A stretch of 64,000 nt of DNA from the NCBI RefSeq assembly GCF_036365525.1, contig NC_090399.1, positions 14,941,558 to 15,005,557 of the forward strand, read 5' to 3'. The stretch comes from Heterodontus francisci (Eukaryota). Position 1 is the stretch's first letter. Every line of letters starts with the position of its first letter. Both the position numbers and the translations under genes were made by a program. The notes below the pieces were generated by a model that saw only the letters and a list, made by a program, of their open reading frames with translations, searched no databases and was not told the origin of the DNA. Below, one piece after another: positions 56,370 through 64,000 of the stretch.

Positions 56370-59300
56370 CTAAAAAGGCCAAATATGGTACTGGTGAGAT
56401 TGAAAAAAGGTTGGATATGTTTCCTTTGTTTAAAAAAAAATTATTTTCAACTGTATATACAGCAAGATTCACAAAACAGGATAAAGTCCATTCACACTGC
56501 TTGACCTCCAATCTTGTTTGCACTGTTTGGGGGTAATTTTGATTTTGGGTGATAGATAAGTGATAATTTAACTGTTCATTATACACAACATGGAAATAGA
56601 GGTATAACGAGTTACTGAGTCCTTATTGCCTGCTTGACACTTTCACCCAAACTGTGGGATGGTGTAAAACTGGTGATAGCGAGTTGGCAGCTTGTTTATC
56701 AACTGTCCTGATTTTTTTAAATTTCCATTGAAGTCGACCAAAATAAAAATCGTAAGGAGGTCCAAAATGGGCGTCTGACTTGCTATGGCCCACTTTATCA
56801 ATATTGTCCAAAGTCATTACCTGCTTCTTTGGCTTGCTTGATCATACCTTTCATTGTCACATTTAAGGTATTTCTGTCCATTCCTGGGCACGCACACATG
56901 GATAGAACTGCCTCCCAATGCCCAAACATGGGCACACACAGGGATAGACTGTCTCCCAATAATGGGCAAACACAGGGATAGACTGCCTCCCAATGAGGGG
57001 CACACACATGGATAGTGCTGTCTCCCAATGCCCATGCATGGGTACACACAGGGATAGACTGTCTCCCAATAATGGGCAAACACAGGGATAGACTGTCTCC
57101 CAATGATGGGCGCACACAGGGATAGACTGTCTCCCAATGAAGGGCACACACAGGGATAGACTGCCTCCCAATGATGGGTGCACACAGGGATAGACTGTCT
57201 CCCAATGATGGGTGCACACAGGGATAGACTGTCTCCCAATAATGGGCACACACAGGGATAGACTGCCTCCCAATGATGGGCACACACAGGGATAGACTGC
57301 CTCCCAATGATGGGTGCACACAGGGATAGACTGTCTCCCAATGAAGGGCACACACAGGGATAGACTGCCTCCCAATGATGGGAAAACACAGGGATAGATT
57401 GCCTCCCAATGATGGGCACACACAGGGATAGACTGCCCCTCAATGATGGGCACACACAGGGATAGACTGCCTCCCAATGATGGGAAAACACAGGGATAGA
57501 TTGCCTCCCAATGATGGGCACACACAGGGATAGACTGCCCCTCAATGAAGGGCACACACAGGGATAGACTGTCTGCCAATAATGGGCAAACACAGGGATA
57601 GACTGCCTCCCAATAATGGGCAAACACAGGGATAGACTGCCTCCCAATAATGGGCACACACAGGGATAGACTGCCTCCCAATGAAGGGCACATACAGGGA
57701 TAGACTGTCTCCCAATGAAGGGCACATACAGGGATAGACTGCCTCCCAATGATGGGCACACACAGGGATAGACTGCCTCCCAATGAAGGGCACATACAGG
57801 GATAGACTGCCTCCCAATGATGGGCACACACATGGACAGAGCTGTCTCCCAATGGTTAGAAAAGGGTAGAAATTTGTCTTTGATTGTAGTGCTGAATGGG
57901 CTTTTATTGTATCGACCGCCTGCCATGCGCACTGACCCAATATTCAGTTCCATTGCAGAAAACGATGACTTTGATCCAATAAAGGGTGTTTTGCCCCACC
58001 ACACAAGAGAGATGCTGTAGGTTTCAGAATGCTTTGGCCTATCTCCTACAAGGGGTTCCATTCAACTTGACTCTTTAGTTCTTTGTGGCCTGAATTTACA
58101 CAGTCTGGTTTAGCGTTGTTGTGAATGGTAATTCTGTGGCACCCATGATAAACTAGCAGTAGTTTTCACCTTGTCACTGAAACTGGGATGGCTTTAGTAT
58201 GGTCACCGTCAATAGTAAATCCACTGACACCAATAGTAGTTCAGCTCGAATCTTTGCATTGTTAATTAATGCACTTATTGGCTACACCTTAAGTAGGAAC
58301 AGAGGAGTCCAAATTAATTTTACCTGGATCGATGAACCTGAGCATCCGTCTCCATGTGATATACTGCAGTGGTCCAATGAGTCCAGTCAGATTGAGGTCA
58401 ATGGAAACCTTGGTGGGTTCCTTGAATCTAACATCACACCTGTGCAAATAAACTAGATGTATATTTCTTACTGGCAACGGCAATAAGGGTAGTTTAATCC
58501 CCTTGCTGATAATTGCACCCTAGATGTTCACGAACGTCATAAATATATTTAAGAGTATACCCCTACACATCGAGCTTCCCTCTTTCATTCCCACTCATAT
58601 GTAGAAACTACTTAAAACCTTCTAATAGGTTTATAGTCGCTTTAGACTGCCTGTCCAATCGTTTGAAGCTAACTCCATATTATTTTTATTTAAGCATAAG
58701 TGAGACTTAATGCACGTAGTTATTTCAGCAGCAACTTACAACAACAGCTTATATTTATACAGCACCTTTGACATAATAACCCGTCCCAAGGAGTTCAGTA
58801 TAAAACAAAATTTGGCACCGAGCCACATAAGGAGATTTAAGGTCGGATGATCAAAAACATGGTCAAAGAGGTCGGTTTTAAGGAGTTTCTTAAAGGAGGA
58901 AAGCGAGATGGAATGGTGCAGATGTGTAGGGAGGGTATCCCAGAGCTGAGGGCAGAGGCTACTGAAGGCATGGCACTAATGGTGGCCTGATTCCAAGGAA
59001 AAGTTGAGAATTATAATACTCTGTTGATCCTTAGGTAAGGGTAGACGGTGGCATAGTGGTAATGTCACTGGGCTAGTAATCTAGGGGCCGAGGCTAATGG
59101 TCTGGCGACATGGGTTCGAATCCCACCGCGGCAGTTGGTGGAATTTAAATTCAATTAATCAATACATTCAATTAATTAAAAAAAAATCTGGAATTGAAAG
59201 CTAGTCTCAGTAATGGTGCCATGAAACTATCAACGACTGTCGTAAAAACCTGTCTGATTCACTAATGTCCTTTAGGGAAGGAAATCTGCCGTCCTTACCT

Positions 59301-61933
59301 GGTCTGGCCTACATGTGACTCCAACACAGCAATGTGGTTGACTCTTAACTGCCCTCTGAAATGGCCTAGCAAGCCACTCAGTTCAAGGGCAATTAGGGAT
59401 GGGCTACAAATGCTGGCTTTGACAGCGATGCACACATCCCAAGAAAGAATAAAAAAGGTTGTGTCTTTATTCATTGTACTCCCTCCAATTCATCCTCATC
59501 CACTTGCCTGGTGACCTTTGTTAAATCCATCACTCCGAAAAAGACACAAGCCCCTGCAATTATACGTCACGACTAAATTGCAGCACAATTCATCCAATCA
59601 TACATCATCCATACCCCCCCCAACCCCATTCCACCCAATCACGGGGTTGGCATGAATATGTCAAAGTAGAGCAGTCTGGGTCTCTCTTATATTTACTTTT
59701 AGCCTCCCTACAATCTTCCTTTGTTCAGCAATTAATGGCGACATTGGAATTAACAACCATTCTAACTATACAGAACTACCAACTTAAACATCATTCTCTT
59801 TACTTATTCTCATAAAGAAATAAAACTGTAGTCTAGCAAATGTAATAATAAATTGCAGCTAAGTAAACCTTTAATACTGAGGAACTATAAAAGGGGAGTA
59901 TATTTCATCATATTTCAACAAATAGCAAGCATTCTCTAATACGAGATAACAGTAGAGATGGATTCCTGTCTGAAACTGCCCTTGTCCCCTCCTCCTTAGC
60001 TGTGATAACAATCACCAGTCATCCTTTGCCTGCAACCAGCAAATTTGAAGGCCATAAAGCTGTTGGTTTTGAAGAACAGTAATTCCAGTTAAACCTTTAG
60101 TTATTTAACCCTTTCTAACCTAGTCCCTCTAAATATCCTCCTGAACCAATATTCTTACAACCAGTCACACCAGTGTGGGCACAAGCTTCCACATGCAACA
60201 TCTTTCTTCTGTAAATGTTTACTAACCCGGAATGGGATTTCCACTATCTCTATATCTACACATCTACACATCTGTCCATCCATCCACCTATCCGTTAGAG
60301 CAGTGACTACAGTACGGAGCTCTGAAACGCTCTGGGATGACCTGAGTATTGTAGACACATCACAAAATGCAAGTTATTTTCTATTCTTTCTCTAGCTAAT
60401 GGTATAATACATTTAGACATCTCACAGTTGCGGGGAAATCTTATTTCCCATTGTCACGATTTTCACACTTTTATGTCAGTACCTTTTCTATAATAAATTG
60501 TCTACTTAGCTTATGTACTTACAATGTCCTCGCACTGTGGAAGCCCATTCTGCTCCACTCCCTGACCCCCATTCACCTCCTGAACCTGGACTGCAATTAA
60601 CCTCCTACCCTCCAACCAGCTTTACACCTCGGCTTCTCAAACGGCCAACAGTTTTCCGATTTAACACTAAATAATCATATCAAATTAAAATTAAGGAAAG
60701 GATGCACAACTTTCAAACTGAGACTGAATTACCTCTGTGTGCTGTGCTCCAATTATTTCCAACCTGCAATCCCTCTTCTAAACATTACACTTGATCGGAC
60801 TTTCTTTGTGTAATGCCACATTGCCTGGTTTTCCTTTCATTTGATTTGCAAGGGGTCCTTCCCATCTCGCATGTTGTAGTATTTTCCAACAGCCCCATTA
60901 GGTTGCTGGGCTCCAGCTTTGTAAGGCATTTGGCTCTTACCTTACATTATAATCCAACGCTTCAAACTATACGCTGGCAGGAATCAGGATTTCCCAGCTA
61001 TACCCCGCCCATCCCAGAAATACGTTGGTGAAAACTTGTAGTTAAATAATAAACATGCAGTTTAAGATCATTCAGGATATGTTGACAATTTCACTTGAAA
61101 TACAGGCCAGAGGCAATTTTCAGCTCATTTAAAAGGTGCAGCTATGCATAGCAACCAAAAACATTTCTTATGCATTTAAGGGGAAGTTAGATAAATATGC
61201 TTCAATTGAACCTGCCTCCATCACACTCTCAGGCAGCGCATTCCAGACCTTAACCACTCGCTGCGTGAAAAAGTTTTCCCTCATGTCACTTTTGCTTCTC
61301 TTACCAAATACTTTAAATCTGTGCCCTCTCGTTCTCGATCCTTTCATGAGTGGGAACAGTTTCTCTCTATCTACTCTGTCCAGACCCCCCATGATTTTGA
61401 ATACCTCTATCAATCCATCTCTCAGCTTTCTCTTCACCAAGAAAAACAGTCCTAACTTCTCCAAATTCTCATGAATCTTTTCTGCCCTCTCTCCAATGCC
61501 CTCATGGCTTTCCTAAAGTGTGGTGCTCAGAACTGGACACAATACTCCAGCTGAGGCCAAACTAGTGTCTTATACAAGTTCAACATAACTTCCTCGCTCT
61601 TGTACTCTATGCCTCTATTAAAAAAGCCCAGGATACAGTATACTTTATTAACCACTCTCTCAACCTGTCCTGCCACCTTCAATGACTTATGCACATATAC
61701 ACCCAGGTCCCTCTGCTCCTGCACCCCCTTTAGAATCATACCCTTTATTTTATATTGTCTCTCCAAGTAAGTGAATAGGAAGTCAAAAACCTTGGATTTT
61801 TTTGTTAACAGCTATGTGGAAAACAAAACATTTTCATAAAAATTTGACCATAGTTAATTATGACTTCACATTCCACGTATAAATTTACAAAAATGATAAT
61901 AAAGTCATACCTTTCAGTGATGATTTTAGCAAT
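55840..61933 (-). CDS. TRIM-family E3 ligase with C-terminal B30.2 (TRIM27/39/35, A33-like), 3' exons only; complement(join(55840..56369,58324..58439,61911..61933)); RING/B-box/coiled-coil exons presumably beyond the window
   Basis: 23-nt, 116-nt and terminal exons are in phase (669 nt). The 23/116-nt exon pair preceding a single B30.2 exon is the typical class IV TRIM layout. Confidence 0.85.
56890..57853. repeat. 34-bp minisatellite, about 28 copies (cacacagggatagactgcctcccaatgatgggca), in the last TRIM intron
   Basis: Period of 34 nt (for example cacagg at 57081 and 57115). The translated ORFs repeat every 34 aa, i.e. three units. Confidence 0.97.
58324..58439 (-). CDS. TRIM 116-nt linker exon (RCDVRFKEPTKVSIDLNLTGLIGPLQYITWRRMLRFIDP)
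   Basis: Acceptor tatttgcacag and donor CAG/gtaaaa. The GPLQY..W..M motif is typical of fish/shark TRIM pre-B30.2 linkers. Confidence 0.9.
59041..59456 (+). mobile_element. tRNA-derived SINE (same family as 36101-36483)
   Basis: Head ggtggcatagtggtaatg...gggttcgaatccc, and tail identical to the LINE tail at 11150-11225. Confidence 0.85.
61195..61766 (-). mobile_element. CR1 3' fragment
   Basis: ORFs 61168-61464 and 61527-61766 (QRDLGVYV, LYKTLVWPQLEYCVQF). Confidence 0.88.
61911..61933 (-). CDS. TRIM 23-nt micro-exon (IAKIITER)
   Basis: Acceptor ttcacttcttttgtag and donor AAG/gtatga. Phase 0-to-2 matches the phase-2 start of the 116-nt exon. Confidence 0.8.
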
Positions 61934-62097
61934 CTACAAAAGAAGTGAAATGCAATCAACAAAACTGGTAAGTCGTTATAAATACATATAAAAATCTGGT
62001 GAAACCTGTGCCCATCCTGCCCATAAACATACTTCCTTTTGTCTGGACTTTTTAAAATCAGACTTTTGTGTAAACATTTGCTGTTATAAATTCCTAT

Positions 62098-62918
62098 TGT
62101 CATGAATACCCCACCTGCCAAGAACAAGGCATATTAATTTCATCATATGAACAGCAATCTTAAACTGTTGCTGGAATGAAGAAATGACTTGTTTAAAGAG
62201 ATCAGCAGTGGCTGGAAAACATTTGCATATTAAGAGACAGTGCCTGGAGGCAATAGAATATAATCCAATTAACCCAAATGAATTTTGATCACCAGACATT
62301 GAATATGTAAGAAAACCAGCATTCCAGGGTGTCTGCTAAGATGGGGAATCCACAAATGCAGGAGTTTGTTAAAACAGCTAGTCACATGTCTACCTGCTGG
62401 CCTAGGTTTTGTTTGAACTGCTCACAGCACAGTTAAGGTCAGATTGCAATTGAAATTGGAAGAAGAGAGCTTCTATCCTGGCTAGCTCTCTCTCTCTCTC
62501 ATGAATTTCCTGATCCACTGAAGTCACTTAAACCTCAAAGAAGAAAAGACTCCTATATTGAAACAAGTTTTAAAGCGTGCACTGGGCCCCAACGTAATGG
62601 CAAGACTTAACAGCAATCAAAGACTCTACATTGTACTCAAAGGACCGTAAATAAATCCAAGCTACTGCCTCAAACGTTTCCCTTTTATTCTTTCTACTTT
62701 TCTGTCTCTATCTAAGTGTGTGCTTATCGCGTATGCATGCTAGCGTGGTCGCATCATGCATTCATAGTCATTAACCAAATTAGAGTTTAAGATTAATAAA
62801 CTTCCATCTTTCTTGTTTAAATCTAAGAAAACCTGTCAGGTTAATTTCTTTGCCTTACAATTGGAGAGCAGTGAATAAGGAGGGAACCCCTAGACCCCTT
62901 TCTCACCTGGTCGTAACA
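62098..62918 (+). mobile_element. Solo LTR (821 bp) with 4-bp TSD CTAT
   Basis: tgtcatga...tcgtaaca termini, CTAT at 62094-62097 and 62919-62922, and AATAAA near 62795. Confidence 0.78.
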
Positions 62919-63184
62919 CTATGTTAACTTTTCCCATTTAAGTGTAATAATGTGAAGCTCTGGCCATTAGATGGCTCTGTATCGATCTATCTATCTAACA
63001 TATTTGTCAATGGGCCATGGGTAAACCATAGGTATATTTATGGTCATAGCCATCATATGTTGGGTGCAGATTATCATCCTGTCATATTATTTCAAATAAG
63101 ATGTATAACGCAATTACAATTAAATCCGAGTTAGACTAATACCTTGACTCCCATGCATGTTGTCCCAGAACTATTGCTATACAC

Positions 63185-64000
63185 CAGGGTGGTCCAACCT
63201 TTTTGCATGGGGGGGCCACAAGACAATTTTCTTCTTACATAGGGGGCCAGTGAGACAATTTTGGAAAGATAGAGACATTAAAAATTTATCGTACTATTAA
63301 TCAAAACAGCAACAAATGTACATTTTTGTGAAGAAGCTTTAAATGAGAAGACCAATTTGTTAACTTACTTTCTTGATCTCTCTCTCTCTCTCTTTGTCTG
63401 TATCCCTCCTCTGTCTCTGCTCCCTCCCTCTCCCTCTTTCTCTGTCCCCGTTTCCCCCTCCCTCCCTGTCTCCCACTCTGTCCCCCTCCCTTTCTGTCCC
63501 TCTCCCTCTCTGTTTGTCCCTCTCCCTCCCTGCCTGTCTCTCTCTCTCCCTCTTTCTCTCTCTCTCCCCCTGTCTCTCACTTCCCCCCCCCCCCCCCTCC
63601 CCTTTCTCACTCTCTCTCTGATAGTTGCAGAGAGCTCAGCAGATGGTTGATCAGATTTTTTTTAAAACATCGTACTTTCAGTTTCACAGCTGACAGCTGC
63701 TGACAGCGAGAACAGCCGTTCCCCAACTTCGGACAGATTCAGGGTTTTCCGGCGGGCTTTTACAAAAACCTCGAATCTGTCTGAAGTTGGGGAACTGCTG
63801 TTCCGCTGTCAGCAGCTGTCTGCTGTGAAAATGACAGCACTGTGTTTTTAAAAAGGCCTCTCTGTGAAAGAAGACAAAGGGAAATTTCCCATCTCCAGTC
63901 ACGGAGCCCAGGCAAAGATGAGGAATGGCTCTGGGTACAGTTTACACCCGTGGGCTGAATGGAAGTCTTTGGCAGGCCAGATCCTGGCCCAGGGGCTGTA
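63185..64000. mobile_element. hAT-like non-autonomous DNA transposon with CT-rich tract and internal palindrome; right end at or beyond the window edge
   Basis: Starts cagggtggtccaaccttttt...gggggccaca (Charlie-type terminus) and ends ggccagatcctggcccaggggctgta. Palindrome at 63682-63830. Confidence 0.6.

Noticed and set aside
56890-57853. CRISPR-like array
   Set aside because: Units are contiguous with no unique spacers, there are no cas genes, and the context is vertebrate.
56798-58061. Long Cys-rich ORFs (414, 329 and 207 aa) suggesting a novel repeat protein
   Set aside because: They are translations of a 34-bp minisatellite that lacks stop codons on one strand and lies inside a TRIM intron.
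60733-60763. Candidate small TRIM exon (ttgcag...G/gtaatt on the minus strand)
   Set aside because: 31 nt would break the frame between the 23-nt and 116-nt exons, which already join in phase.

Overview
Repeat-rich vertebrate genomic DNA, almost certainly elasmobranch (shark), judged from HE1-like V-SINEs, DeuSINE-like elements and abundant CR1, L2, RTE, Tx1 and Penelope retroelements. Three host genes can be reconstructed by hand from splice sites and reading-frame phase. (1) A + strand NKp30/NCR3-like receptor with one non-rearranging VJ-type Ig domain (leader 1352-1403, V 1872-2225, TM/tail 3349-3551, about 202 aa). Its transmembrane helix carries a lysine and the tail is short and motif-free, i.e. 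activating type. (2) A second, divergent + strand NCR3-like receptor (leader 28542-28581, V 31754-32089, TM 33581-33721, mini-exon 35699-35730, terminal exon 36584-36856, 273 aa). It has a neutral TM and three ITIM-like motifs (IVYADL, VVYATV, VVYGRI) in an exon the ORF track misses, i.e. inhibitory type. (3) The 3' exons of a - strand TRIM gene ending in a B30.2/PRY-SPRY domain (61911-61933, 58324-58439, 55840-56369). The main candidate system is therefore a paired activating/inhibitory NKp30-family receptor locus beside a TRIM-B30.2 gene, a neighbourhood that suggests MHC linkage. Notable mobile-DNA structures: a young RTE LINE with a twin-priming-type 5' inversion nested in a CR1 with a 10-bp TSD, Penelope elements carrying minimal hammerhead-ribozyme motifs, three solo-LTR-like elements, a CTCF-motif-bearing foldback in the inhibitory gene, and a 34-bp minisatellite in the last TRIM intron. 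All family assignments come from motif recognition by eye, not from database searches.
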